Of a DNA stretch of 64,000 bases, positions 1-9,649 are shown piece by piece. Positions within the stretch are counted from its first letter, which is position 1, and every line of letters starts with the position of its first letter. The notes beneath the pieces are model-generated. The model was given only the letters and a program-made list of their open reading frames with translations, had not been told where the DNA came from and did no database searches. The stretch comes from Clostridia bacterium (GTDB lineage Bacteria > Bacillota > Clostridia > Christensenellales > DTU072): the NCBI GenBank assembly GCA_035409945.1, contig DAONQC010000001.1:21571-85570 (forward strand). The letters are read 5' to 3'. A program made the position numbers and the translations under genes.

Positions 1-1028
1 TACAATTAGGTGCAAATTTAACTAAAGGACTGGGTGCTGGCTCTGATCCGGAGATAGGAAAAAGAGCTGCGGAAGAGAGTAAGGAAGATATTAGAGAACT
101 AATTGAAGATGCAGATTTATTATTCATAACAGCAGGAATGGGGGGAGGAACAGGCACTGGCGCTGCCCCCGTCATTGCTGAAATGGCGAAAGATATGGGT
201 ATATTAACAATAGCTGTTGTAACAAAACCGTTTGAGCGGTTTGAGGGTCATGTGAGGATGCAAAACGCAGAGAAAGGAATAGAAGAATTGCGTAAATATG
301 TTGATACATTACTGGTTATACCAAACGAAAAACTTCAGCAATTTATGCCAAAAGGCACTCCATTTATAAAAGCCTTCCAGGCAGCAGATGATGTCTTACG
401 TCAGGGGATACAAGGTATTACAGAAATTATTATGACACCTTCATTAATTAATTTGGATTTTAATGATATTAAAAGTATAATAAAAAACCAAGGTTATGCC
501 CATATAGGAATAGGACGTGGCAAAGGGGAGCGAAGGACTTTTGATGCGGTTAAGCAAGCTGTTCAAAGCACGTTACTTGAAACAAATATATCTGGTGCAA
601 AGGGTATTTTAATTTATGTTGCTGGTGACCAGGGACTTACAATGGATGAGGTTTACGATAGTGTTGGACTCATTCGTGAAGTCGTTGCTCAAGATGCAAA
701 AATTATCTTCGGTATGGGGATTGATGATAATTTGGCAGGTGAAGTTGTGATTACCGTGATTGCAACGGGCTTTCAAACAAAGGCAGATGGAACAAGTAAA
801 AATACAAATACTGTAATGCAAAGACAATTCTTTACCGAAAGGGAAGAGCTTGATAAGAAAATGAGTTTAATGTATGGATACTCTGATGAATCTAATACCA
901 ATATTGAAAAAGAAAATGAAAATGATAAGCAGACTGATATAGAGGCGCAGGACGAGTTTAATCCAAGGTTAGATGTATCCAAGAGCAAATTGCCTCCATT
1001 CTTACAAAGGTTCCAAAAAACGAAATAA
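1..1028 (+). CDS. ftsZ: Cell division GTPase FtsZ, 5' end outside window (codon phase starts at nt 3)
   Basis: The frame is open from the window edge (QLGANLTKGLGAGSDPEIGKRAAEES...FITAGMGGGTGTGAAPVIA). It has the tubulin signature GGGTGTG and the typical VVTKPF.FEG and LLVIPNEKL motifs, followed by an acidic variable C-terminus. Confidence 0.95.
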   Translation, partial: QLGANLTKGLGAGSDPEIGKRAAEESKEDIRELIEDADLLFITAGMGGGTGTGAAPVIAEMAKDMGILTIAVVTKPFERFEGHVRMQNAEKGIEELRKYVDTLLVIPNEKLQQFMPKGTPFIKAFQAADDVLRQGIQGITEIIMTPSLINLDFNDIKSIIKNQGYAHIGIGRGKGERRTFDAVKQAVQSTLLETNISGAKGILIYVAGDQGLTMDEVYDSVGLIREVVAQDAKIIFGMGIDDNLAGEVVITVIATGFQTKADGTSKNTNTVMQRQFFTEREELDKKMSLMYGYSDESNTNIEKENENDKQTDIEAQDEFNPRLDVSKSKLPPFLQRFQKTK

Positions 1029-1080
1029 TGATATAAAACATAAGTTTTTATTACAAAAAAGTTATTAAGGTGGAATGGTC

Positions 1081-1548
1081 ATGAAGTGTCCATATTGTGG
1101 AAAGAATAAAAGCAAGGTTATAGATACCAGATTAACGGATGATAATCTAGCTGTGCGGCGTAGACGTGAATGTGAATATTGTAAGAGGCGATATACGACG
1201 TATGAAAAAGCAGATGTTACACCAGTTTTTGTAATTAAAAAAAATGGAACGAGAGAGAGATTCAATATTGATAAAATAAAAATCGGTCTTATAAAAGCTT
1301 GTGAAAAACGACCGGTATCAGCAGAACAAATTGAAACATTGGCTACGGAGATTGAGAGAGATATATATAATTCCTCAGCACAGGAAGTTTATTCTAATAA
1401 AATTGGTGAACTAGTCATGGAGGGGTTACGTGAATTAGATTCTGTAGCATATGTACGGTTTGCCTCAGTCCATAGAGATTTTTCTAGTTTAGATGTTATG
1501 GAAGAAGAAATTAGGCGCATAAAAGAAAGAGCTAATTCCAAAAACTAA
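1081..1548 (+). CDS. nrdR: Transcriptional repressor NrdR (zinc ribbon + ATP-cone)
   Basis: MKCPYCG...CEYC zinc ribbon followed by an ATP-cone-like region. AAGGTGG lies 8 nt upstream of the ATG at 1081, so I prefer 1081 to the track start at 1075. Confidence 0.9.
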   Translation: MKCPYCGKNKSKVIDTRLTDDNLAVRRRRECEYCKRRYTTYEKADVTPVFVIKKNGTRERFNIDKIKIGLIKACEKRPVSAEQIETLATEIERDIYNSSAQEVYSNKIGELVMEGLRELDSVAYVRFASVHRDFSSLDVMEEEIRRIKERANSKN

Positions 1549-1664
1549 TTGTTTTTACTCATTTTAATCTTATTTAAATGTCTACTTATTTAAAACTATT
1601 ATAAACTATCAATTGTATGTTCTCGTCCTGTATTGACAAAAGTTCTGTTTTTTGTTAGCTTATT

Positions 1665-1989
1665 GTTGAGTTGATTGGACGGTTACACAAAAGTGAGGAA
1701 AGTCCGAGCATCATAGAGCAGAATGGCAGAGAAATCCTGCTGAAGGCGACTTCAAGGAAAGTGCAACAGAAAATAACCGCAGTGCATATGTGTTACTGTA
1801 AGGGTGAAAAGGTGTGTTAAGAGCGCACCAGCAGTTTGGCGACAAAATTGGCTGTGTAAACCCCATTCGATGCAAGAAATAGGATAATGAGTTGCTCGCT
1901 CGTCCTATTAATTCGCTAGAGTTATTTGGCGACAAATGACCAAGATAGATGACCGTTGAAACAGAACTCGGCTTATAGATCAACTCATA
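1665..1989 (+). ncRNA. rnpB: RNase P RNA, bacterial type A
   Basis: Universal blocks GAGGAAAGTCCGAGC (5') and ACAGAACTCGGCTTATAG (3') are present. Type-A-like blocks are AGTGCAACAGAAAATAACCGC, GTAAGGGTGAAAAGGTGTGTTAAGAGCGCACC and GTAAACCCCA. P1 pairing is GTTGAGTTGAT (1665-1675) with ATCAACTCA (1979-1987). Confidence 0.93.
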
Positions 1990-2111
1990 AACTAAATTAA
2001 TAACAGTTAGGCGCAGTTTTAACTTTTTTGTATTATGACAATTAAAATCCCAGTTTAACTGTAAGTAATACACTTGAACACACAATTAATTTGTTAAAGG
2101 CAAACTATATT

Positions 2112-3410
2112 ATGAATTTTTTCGACGAAATGAGAATATCGAGTGCACCATTAAGCGAGAGAATGCGTGCGACGAACTTAGATCAATTTATAGGACAAAA
2201 GCACCTAATTAAAGAAGGATCGTTGCTTTTTAGGGCGATTAAAGCTGATAGACTAGGAAATTGTATATTTTATGGCCCGCCTGGCACAGGAAAAACAACC
2301 CTAGCGCGTATTATTGCTACAACTTCCCATGCAGAATATACATACTTAAATGCAGTTTCTTCGGGGGTGGCTGATGTTAAGAAAATTATTAGTGAAGCTA
2401 TCAATAATTTGGAGTTATATGGAAAAAAGACATATCTTATACTAGACGAATGTCACAGATGGAGTAAAGCGCAGTCGGATTCTCTTTTATCTGCTATGGA
2501 GAAAGGTGAAATTATTTTTATTGGTAGTACCACCGAAAACCCATACGTAAACATGACGCCAGCGATTGTGAGTAGATGCAGGCTTTTTGAATTTCATGAA
2601 CTATCTACAGAAGAAATATTAATAAGTCTTAATAGAGCTTTGTCTGATAATATTCGAGGATTAGCCAAATATAATGTTGAGATTAAACCTGATACTTTAA
2701 AACATCTTGCAGTTTGTAGTAATGGAGATTTAAGAGTTGCTTTAGATTCATTAGAATTAGCAACAATTACGACCCCAATTGATATTAGCTCAAATAAAAC
2801 GATTTTAACGCAAGAAATTATTGAAGAAATAACGCAAAAAAGAGTTGTTGGTATGAGTGAAAGCGATTACTATGATTATCTAAGTGCATTCTGTAAAAGT
2901 ATTAGGGGAAGCGACCCTGACGCTGCAGTGTATTACGCAATGAGAATTTTAAATGCTGGATATGACCCTAGACTAGTGGCGAGAAGGCTTATTGTGCATG
3001 CGGCAGAAGACGTAGGTTTAGCTGATACAAATGCTTTAAACGTAAGTGTTAATGCCTTAGCTGCAATTGAAAAAATAGGGATGCCAGAAAGCACTATAAT
3101 TTTAACAGAGGCAATAATATATGTGTCCCTTGCGCCTAAATCCAATTCTGTTATAAAGACAATAGAGAATGTGAACAATACCATTAAAAAAACAGAGAAT
3201 ACAACGATTCCTAGTTACTTACTTGATAATAGTTATAGAAAGAACCCAGATACGAGTTATAAATACCCACACGATTACGGTGGTTGGATTGAACAACAGT
3301 ACCTTCCAAACGAAATTAAAAATGAAAAGTTTTATTTTCCTTCACATAATGGAGCTGAAAGGCTTATAATAAATAAAAGCATTGATAACACAAGGAGAGA
3401 AACAAAATGA
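2112..3410 (+). CDS. rarA: Replication-associated recombination protein A (RarA/MgsA AAA+ ATPase)
   Basis: Walker [16 protein letters not shown], Walker B ILDECHRW, and a MgsA-type C-terminal domain ([13 protein letters not shown]). The ATG at 2112 is preferred over the TTG at 2091. Confidence 0.9.
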   Translation: MNFFDEMRISSAPLSERMRATNLDQFIGQKHLIKEGSLLFRAIKADRLGNCIFYGPPGTGKTTLARIIATTSHAEYTYLNAVSSGVADVKKIISEAINNLELYGKKTYLILDECHRWSKAQSDSLLSAMEKGEIIFIGSTTENPYVNMTPAIVSRCRLFEFHELSTEEILISLNRALSDNIRGLAKYNVEIKPDTLKHLAVCSNGDLRVALDSLELATITTPIDISSNKTILTQEIIEEITQKRVVGMSESDYYDYLSAFCKSIRGSDPDAAVYYAMRILNAGYDPRLVARRLIVHAAEDVGLADTNALNVSVNALAAIEKIGMPESTIILTEAIIYVSLAPKSNSVIKTIENVNNTIKKTENTTIPSYLLDNSYRKNPDTSYKYPHDYGGWIEQQYLPNEIKNEKFYFPSHNGAERLIINKSIDNTRRETK

Positions 3411-3946
3411 CAAAAAAATTAAAAGGTTCTAAGACAGAAGCAAATTTACTATACGCATTTGCAGGAGAGAGTCAGGCAAGAAACAAGTATGATTATTTTG
3501 CAAGTCAAGCAAAAAAAGATGGTTTTGAACAAATCGCTGCCATATTTACGGAAACCGCGCTAAATGAAAAAGAGCATGCGAAACTTTGGTTTAAGGCACT
3601 TGCTGGCATTCAAGACACATATAGTAACCTTATATCTGCTGCTGCAGGAGAAAATGAAGAATGGACAAAAATGTATAAAGAATTCGCTGAGATAGCTGAT
3701 GAAGAAGGTTTTTCGGAAATAGCGGAACAGTTTAGAGGTGTGGCAGAAGTTGAAAAAAATCACGAAATTAGATACTTAAAATTAGCAGAAAATGTAAAGG
3801 CAAAAACTGTGTTTGTAAAGCCCCAGAAAGTTGAATGGATTTGTCGTAATTGTGGACATATACTAACAGCAAATGAGGCTCCAGAAGTTTGTCCTGTCTG
3901 TGACCATGAAAGGAAGTATTTTGAAATACATGCCAAAAATTATTAA
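3407..3946 (+). CDS. rbr: Rubrerythrin
   Basis: Ferritin-like di-iron region (E..H motifs, [16 protein letters not shown]) plus a C-terminal rubredoxin-like CRNCGH...CPVCDH. The start overlaps the rarA stop (ATGA). Confidence 0.88.
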   Translation: MTKKLKGSKTEANLLYAFAGESQARNKYDYFASQAKKDGFEQIAAIFTETALNEKEHAKLWFKALAGIQDTYSNLISAAAGENEEWTKMYKEFAEIADEEGFSEIAEQFRGVAEVEKNHEIRYLKLAENVKAKTVFVKPQKVEWICRNCGHILTANEAPEVCPVCDHERKYFEIHAKNY

Positions 3947-3948
3947 AG

Positions 3949-4368
3949 ATGCGTAAGTTAGGTTTAGATATAGGAACGGTACGTATAGGTATAGCGTTAA
4001 GCGATAATTTAGGTATTATAGCTTCAGCTTATGAAACTTACTTAAGAAATAACACCAATGCCGATTATGAGCATATAGCAAAAATCTGTAAAGAACAAAA
4101 TGTTGATAAAGTAGTTATAGGTCTCCCTAAAAACATGGATGGCACAACTGGAGATAGAGCAGATTATTCTTTGCAATTTGGAAAGAGTTTAGCTGAATAC
4201 TTACCTACTACTGTATCAATTGAATATATCGATGAAAGGCTTACTACTGTACAGGCTGAACGCATGCTAATATCTCATGATGTGAGAAGAAACAAAAGAA
4301 AACAAGTAATAGACAAAATTGCTGCAACCATTATATTGCAGACCTATCTTGACAAAAACAGTCGATAA
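3949..4368 (+). CDS. ruvX: Putative pre-16S rRNA nuclease / Holliday junction resolvase-like YqgF (RuvX)
   Basis: N-terminal LGLDIGTVRIGIALSD, 139 aa, RNase H-like YqgF pattern. It is followed by a DUF1292 gene, as in many Firmicutes. Confidence 0.85.
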   Translation: MRKLGLDIGTVRIGIALSDNLGIIASAYETYLRNNTNADYEHIAKICKEQNVDKVVIGLPKNMDGTTGDRADYSLQFGKSLAEYLPTTVSIEYIDERLTTVQAERMLISHDVRRNKRKQVIDKIAATIILQTYLDKNSR

Positions 4369-4385
4369 ATAAGTAAAGGTGTAAT

Positions 4386-4673
4386 ATGAATAAATCGGAT
4401 AATACTACGGAAGAAGTAATTGTGCTAGTTGGGGATCAAGGCGATGAGCTCGAGTTTATTGAAATTGCAGTCGTTGAGTTAGGCGATAAGGTATATATCT
4501 GTGTAGAACCAGCTGAGCCTATGGAAGGATTTCTTGATGGAGATTTGTTGATATTTGAGATTAGCCTTAATGAAGAAGGCGAAGAAGTTTTCCTTCCCAT
4601 TCAAGACCAGGAAGAAGTTGATGCTGTATTTCAGGAATTTTTAAAGATGCAAAATGAAGAAGATGAAGACTAG
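4386..4673 (+). CDS. Small acidic DUF1292-family protein
   Basis: 95 aa and very acidic, with a conserved-looking core (DELEFIEIAVVELGDKVYICVEP). Its position after ruvX matches the yrzB-like arrangement. Confidence 0.7.
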   Translation: MNKSDNTTEEVIVLVGDQGDELEFIEIAVVELGDKVYICVEPAEPMEGFLDGDLLIFEISLNEEGEEVFLPIQDQEEVDAVFQEFLKMQNEEDED

Positions 4674-5355
4674 ACGTTTATTTATTCTAATACTAACCGT
4701 CATGCTAGCATGTGTTATGCTTGCATTACCATTAGGATGTAAGAAACATACTGAAGAGAACCCAGACGTAGACAATTCTAACAATGTAACTGAGCCTGTT
4801 CAAACTGTTGTAACTATGGTTTTTAGGCGACAATTAGATTCCAAAGAATTTTCGATTAAGGTTGTACTTTATGAAGATGACGCACCGGAAACTTGTGAAA
4901 ACTTTAAAAACTTGATTCGTGCTGGTCACTATAACGGAACTATCATTCATAGGCTAGTAAAAGATTTTGTTATTCAAGGAGGAGGATATAAATTAACTCC
5001 ATCTGAAGAGAGCCCAAAAGCAATGAAAATTGTTGAATTGGACGATGTTGAGCCTATTAAAAATGAGTATAAAAATGCTGGGTGGGATAAAAACACAATA
5101 AAACATGATCAAGGTGTTATTGCTATGGCGAGAACGTCCAATCCCGATGTGGCTACTGACCAGTTTTATTTTAACTTAAAGGATAATTATGCTCTAGATG
5201 ACGCTTATGCTACTTTTGGCAGGTGTGCCGATGATGTTAGTTTATCAAATCTTATTGAATTAGGTGAAGGAACTACTAAGCAGATACAATCTGGTATTTT
5301 TGATGATTTTCCTATTCCTATAATCGAATTGATAACAGTAACTATTGATGAATGA
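4654..5355 (+). CDS. Cyclophilin-type peptidyl-prolyl cis-trans isomerase, lipoprotein
   Basis: Signal peptide with lipobox LPLGC, and cyclophilin motifs HRLVKDFVIQGGG and QFYFNL. Confidence 0.85.
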   Translation: MKKMKTRRLFILILTVMLACVMLALPLGCKKHTEENPDVDNSNNVTEPVQTVVTMVFRRQLDSKEFSIKVVLYEDDAPETCENFKNLIRAGHYNGTIIHRLVKDFVIQGGGYKLTPSEESPKAMKIVELDDVEPIKNEYKNAGWDKNTIKHDQGVIAMARTSNPDVATDQFYFNLKDNYALDDAYATFGRCADDVSLSNLIELGEGTTKQIQSGIFDDFPIPIIELITVTIDE

Positions 5356-5517
5356 TATAGTTATAATCGTTGTTTAATGACACTAACTTTAGCAAGCGTT
5401 TCGCTTAAATAACATAAAAAATGAATTCTTCACATTATTTAGTTGATGTGGTATCCTATTGTATATATAGTTTGCGTTTTATGAAAAGTATATAAGATTT
5501 ATATCAATATTTAACAA

Positions 5518-6951
5518 TTGTACAAGAAACAACCACTTAGAGGTGATATGTTAATAACGGCAAGAGGGTTAAAAAATATATTATTTTTATTTTCGTTGAT
5601 ATTGCTTATTTGTGCTTTTTTATTCATTATAAGCACACTTGAGCAAAATTCTTATGATTACTTAGCAGAGGCATATAACAATTCTGACTTTTATGTAAAT
5701 TTAACGCCACAAGAATATGAGTATAATGCAACTCCACAATCTTTTGTCGTTGATATTAAATATAACAATGAAGATTTTGATGATTATACTGTCAATTATT
5801 TTAAAGATGGGAGTACAGAGAGGTTGGATGAGCCTCCAACTAATGCAAACAGTTATGATGTGGAAATATTCGTAGATGAATATAACAACTGGAGAACTTC
5901 TTTAATAATTACACCAAAGCCCATTACGGTTAATTATGCGGGTCCATATGAATATACATATTCAGGTTTACGACACGGTAGGACGATCACGGCAATTGGA
6001 GTAATTTCTCCAGATGATGTTGGATTACAAATTCAATATGAAGGTATAAACAATCTAGTTCCTGTTAACGAAATTCCAACCAATGTTGATGATTATGTTA
6101 TAACAGTTACATTATCCAATCAAAACTATTCAATTGGACTAACCACTGGGGAGGAAGTTGGTAAATTGCTGATTAATAAGGCTAATTTAATAGCTCGGGC
6201 TGAAGATGTAATCATAAAACCAGGAGAGACACCAAGATTTAATATAGTATATACTGGGTTTGTCTCGGGTGAAGATGAGAGTAATTTAAAAGAAAAGCCC
6301 ACTATAGTTTTTGAGGAGAGCGATCCAGGTAAATATCCAATAACTCCTCGAGGAGGTATTTCTTCAAACTATAAATTTGTTTATGAAGAGGGTACTGCAA
6401 TTATTGATTTTGATAAAATAGAAACGACGATAGAAGATCATACTTTTACAGTAATAGCATTTTTTGATCCCGATTTTGATTTACAAGTATCAAAAATAAC
6501 AAGTTCAGATGATGCTTTTAATACTGCCAATGAAATAATTAAAAATAGAGGAATGGATACTTATATGGATAAAGTTATCTATGCTTTCGATACTTCGCAG
6601 TCTACAGGAATTTCTAGAGATACAAAATACAAAATTCAGATATCAAATATTAAATTTAATGACATATTTGCATATAAACTATTTATTGTTGACGAGTTAG
6701 GTTTGGTTCATGAAATTAAAAAATTCAGCCGAAATGGTGATACAATTTCATTTACAACGCCCGAGCTGGGAACAATATTTGTGGTGGAAATGCAACTTAG
6801 AACATATTTGATTATTGGTATTTCGGTTGGGGTATGTATCGTTATTATAGCATTTTTCATATTTACCTATGTTAAGTATTTGATGGAGAAAAAGAATATT
6901 GATGAGCGAAATAGAAAACGTAGAAATAAAACACGGTATAAGTGGAATTAG
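5518..6951 (+). CDS. Membrane-anchored surface protein with MBG-like repeat modules (small paralogue of the 2818-aa protein)
   Basis: N-terminal TM helix (ILFLFSLILLICAFLFIIS). Modules of the form ITPKPITV...Y.YSG...NY, and KANL...GFVSGEDES...PGKYPI...NYKF. C-terminal TM helix plus a basic tail (RNRKRRNKTRYKWN). The start is uncertain (TTG 5518 or ATG 5548). Confidence 0.65.
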   Translation: MYKKQPLRGDMLITARGLKNILFLFSLILLICAFLFIISTLEQNSYDYLAEAYNNSDFYVNLTPQEYEYNATPQSFVVDIKYNNEDFDDYTVNYFKDGSTERLDEPPTNANSYDVEIFVDEYNNWRTSLIITPKPITVNYAGPYEYTYSGLRHGRTITAIGVISPDDVGLQIQYEGINNLVPVNEIPTNVDDYVITVTLSNQNYSIGLTTGEEVGKLLINKANLIARAEDVIIKPGETPRFNIVYTGFVSGEDESNLKEKPTIVFEESDPGKYPITPRGGISSNYKFVYEEGTAIIDFDKIETTIEDHTFTVIAFFDPDFDLQVSKITSSDDAFNTANEIIKNRGMDTYMDKVIYAFDTSQSTGISRDTKYKIQISNIKFNDIFAYKLFIVDELGLVHEIKKFSRNGDTISFTTPELGTIFVVEMQLRTYLIIGISVGVCIVIIAFFIFTYVKYLMEKKNIDERNRKRRNKTRYKWN

Positions 6952-7011
6952 ATGTTAATTTGAGTAAAATGAAATTACTTGCCTGCATTTTTCAATGTTA
7001 TGTATGATAGA

Positions 7012-7285
7012 TATTAGCCAACATCAATGTTAGTTATCAAAGTAAGTGCAATGGTAGATAACCCTCGAACGTTACAGGGTAAGTGCAACTTTTGATAGTA
7101 CTCGTAAGAAACTGAAGGTTTTTATTAGCCAACATCAATATATTTGTTGATATATTTGTTGCGGAAAAAATGTTGGCGTGATATTATAATCAAGAATTAA
7201 ACACTTGCATAGGTTCATTCCTGTTCCTTATTAGGTAAATGAACCAAATTATTATTCGCAAGGAAGAAAAAACAGGAGGTTTTAT
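7012..7285 (+). promoter_or_regulatory. Repeat-rich, structured 5' region upstream of rpsB-tsf (candidate cis-regulatory leader)
   Basis: A 17-nt direct repeat TATTAGCCAACATCAAT occurs at 7012-7028 and 7123-7139. A 63-nt symmetric stem-loop spans 7035-7097. The 12-mer ATATATTTGTTG is tandemly duplicated at 7138-7161. ATGTTGGC (7170-7177) is complementary to both 17-mers. The hairpin 7212-7245 has a loop (CCTGTTCCTT) complementary to the rpsB SD region. Confidence 0.4.
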
Positions 7286-8044
7286 ATGTCAGTTGTAACA
7301 ATGAAACAATTATTAGAAGTGGGACTTCATTTTGGGCATCAAGTGAGAAGATGGAATCCTAAGATGAAAGAGTATATCTATGGATCTAGAAATAATATCC
7401 ATATTATTAACCTACAAAAGGCTGTTGAATTAATCGAGGAAGCATATGCTTTTATTCAATCAGTTGCGGCAGAAGGTAAGGATATTCTTTTTGTTGGCAG
7501 AAAAAAACAGGCGAAAGATGTAATTAAGTCAGCTGCAGAGCGTTGCGGAATGTACTACATAAACGAGAGATGGTTAGGGGGGACTTTAACAAACTTTGCA
7601 ACTATTCGTTCCAGAATTGATAGACTAAACAAATTAGATCAAATGGAACAAATAGGTTCCTTTGAACTATTACCAAAAAAAGAGGTTATGCAATTAAACA
7701 AAGAACGCGAAATCCTTAGAAAGAATCTAGGCGGGATTCAAAACATGAGGAGTTTACCAGGAGCTCTTTTTATTGTTGATATTAAAGAAGAACATCTAGC
7801 CGTAGCCGAAGCAAATAAATTGAATATACCTATAGTTGCTTTAGTTGATACGAACTGTGACCCGGATTTGATTGATTATGTTATTCCAGGCAATGACGAT
7901 GCAATTAGAGCAGTGAAATTAATTTCTAACTTGATGGCGGACGCGGTTATCGTTGCTAGAGAGGGAGAGGAGGCTCTTAGTCTAAAACAGGTCGATGAGA
8001 TAGAAGGCGAAGACGCTCAAATAGAAGAAAAAGAAGATAATTAG
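7286..8044 (+). CDS. rpsB: 30S ribosomal protein S2
   Basis: [27 protein letters not shown] is a canonical S2 N-terminus. AGGAGG lies 7 nt upstream. Confidence 0.97.
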   Translation: MSVVTMKQLLEVGLHFGHQVRRWNPKMKEYIYGSRNNIHIINLQKAVELIEEAYAFIQSVAAEGKDILFVGRKKQAKDVIKSAAERCGMYYINERWLGGTLTNFATIRSRIDRLNKLDQMEQIGSFELLPKKEVMQLNKEREILRKNLGGIQNMRSLPGALFIVDIKEEHLAVAEANKLNIPIVALVDTNCDPDLIDYVIPGNDDAIRAVKLISNLMADAVIVAREGEEALSLKQVDEIEGEDAQIEEKEDN

Positions 8045-8091
8045 TTTTACTGTATTTATGATACAAAATTAAGAATGTAAGGAGGTGTGAC

Positions 8092-8763
8092 ATGGCGTTT
8101 ACTGCAAATGATGTTAGAGATTTACGTGTTCGTACTGGTGCTGGAATGATGGACTGTAAAAATGCGTTAGTAGAAACCAATGGGGATGTTGAAAAAGCAA
8201 TTGAATATTTAAGAGAAAAAGGCATTGCAAAAGCTGCTAAAAGGTCTGGACGAATTGCCTCTCAAGGTATTGTAGATAGTTACATACATATGGGTGGTAA
8301 AATAGGAGTGCTGCTAGAGCTTAACTGTGAAACTGACTTTGTAGCAAAGAGTGATATGTTTAAAGATTTAGCACATGATTTGACTTTACAAATTGCTGCA
8401 TCAAAAGCCCTTTATGTTGCCAGAGAAGAGGTTCCCTCTAACGAGATAGAACACGAGAAGAACATAATTAAAGCTCAAATTACAAACGATGAATCAATGA
8501 CTAACAAACCAGAACATGTAAAGGAAAGATTCGTCGAGGGGCGTATGGAAAAGTTTTTCAAAGATATTTGTTTGTTAGAACAGCCTTTTGTTAAAGACCC
8601 GAGTGTAACCGTAAATGATTTAGTTATGGAAGCAACAGCCAAAATCGGTGAAAAAATTTCTGTGAGAAGGTTTGTAAGATATGAAATGGGTGAGGGATTA
8701 GAAAAAAAATCTTGTAACCTAGCGGAAGAGGTTGATGCAGAAATAGCTAAAATGTCTAAATAA
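8092..8763 (+). CDS. tsf: Elongation factor Ts (short form, 223 aa)
   Basis: N-terminal UBA-like [19 protein letters not shown] and the [10 protein letters not shown] motif. It follows rpsB. Confidence 0.95.
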   Translation: MAFTANDVRDLRVRTGAGMMDCKNALVETNGDVEKAIEYLREKGIAKAAKRSGRIASQGIVDSYIHMGGKIGVLLELNCETDFVAKSDMFKDLAHDLTLQIAASKALYVAREEVPSNEIEHEKNIIKAQITNDESMTNKPEHVKERFVEGRMEKFFKDICLLEQPFVKDPSVTVNDLVMEATAKIGEKISVRRFVRYEMGEGLEKKSCNLAEEVDAEIAKMSK

Positions 8764-8770
8764 AATAAAG

Positions 8771-8796
8771 AGATACCTTAACGGGTATCTTTTTTC
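8771..8796 (+). terminator. Rho-independent terminator after tsf
   Basis: AGATACC-TTAAC-GGGTATCT hairpin followed by TTTTTC. Confidence 0.7.
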
Positions 8797-8810
8797 TTGT
8801 GGGGGATAAT

Positions 8811-9518
8811 ATGGCAATAAAATACAAAAGAGTATTACTAAAGATTTCAGGCGAGGCATTGGCGGGGGAAACCAAATTTGGTATAAATGAAGTTATTTTA
8901 GATAGTATTGTCAATCAAATTAAAGAGGTTCATTCTTTAGGTATTGAGATCGGTATAGTGGTCGGTGGCGGAAACTTTTGGCGAGGCAGGCAGGGTGGTG
9001 GTATGGATCGCACTACTGCGGATCATATGGGCATGCTGGCGACTGTAATCAATGCTTTGGCCATGCAAGATGCCTTAGAAAGAAAAGGTGTGATGACAAG
9101 GATTCAAACAGCTTTAGATATGACAAAAATAGCTGAACCATTTATTCAAAGGAGAGCTATTAGACATCTTGAAAAAGGTCGAGTTGTCATATTTGGGTGC
9201 GGAACTGGGAACCCGTTTTTCACAACAGATACCGCTGCTTCTTTACGTGCAAATGAAATACATGCAGATGTGTTATTACTAGCCAAAAATATTGATGGGG
9301 TTTACGATGCGGATCCTAAAAAATGCCCCAATGCGAAAAAATACAAAACTATTACACATAGAGAATACATTGAAAAAGGTTTAACATTTATGGACACCTC
9401 AGCTGTTGCATTATGTGACGAAAACAACATACCTATAATTGGATTTGGATTGAACGAACCGAGTAGTATAGTTAGGGTCGTTAGGGGCGAAACTATAGGA
9501 ACAATTATTTCACATTAA
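8811..9518 (+). CDS. pyrH: UMP kinase
   Basis: [12 protein letters not shown] and [10 protein letters not shown] motifs. The ATG at 8811 follows GGGGGA and is preferred to the GTG at 8799. Confidence 0.93.
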   Translation: MAIKYKRVLLKISGEALAGETKFGINEVILDSIVNQIKEVHSLGIEIGIVVGGGNFWRGRQGGGMDRTTADHMGMLATVINALAMQDALERKGVMTRIQTALDMTKIAEPFIQRRAIRHLEKGRVVIFGCGTGNPFFTTDTAASLRANEIHADVLLLAKNIDGVYDADPKKCPNAKKYKTITHREYIEKGLTFMDTSAVALCDENNIPIIGFGLNEPSSIVRVVRGETIGTIISH

Positions 9519-9579
9519 ACTGATTCGCTATTGGTTGAATAATCGGACAAACGTTTTGTTATACATTAGGTTATAAAAA

Positions 9580-9618
9580 TAGACTGTGGTTATAATATTT
9601 ACCACAGTCTATCTTTTT
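9580..9618. terminator. Bidirectional terminator between pyrH (+) and the protease gene (-)
   Basis: TAGACTGTGG / CCACAGTCTA stem with a 12-nt loop. An A-run lies upstream and a T-run downstream. Confidence 0.7.
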
Positions 9619-9649
9619 GTGTTGTTATTATTGGTGCAAGATGGTCTTA

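Noticed and set aside
609-988. The antisense track ORFs inside ftsZ (609..827 and 773..988 on the - strand), plus every other ORF of this kind. These include 2933..3184, 10128..10490, 17688..18149, 19248..19727, 21640..22152, 31890..32267, 40315..41286, 50394..50609, 52623..52904, 54814..55143 and 58340..58669.
   Set aside because: Each lies antisense within a gene whose product has clear family motifs. Their products are low-complexity and Ser/Leu/Ile/Phe-rich, typical of shadow ORFs in AT-rich DNA. None has a ribosome-binding site.
1711-2085. 124-aa ORF on the - strand
   Set aside because: It overlaps the RNase P RNA gene on the opposite strand, and its reading frame is an artefact of the structured RNA sequence.
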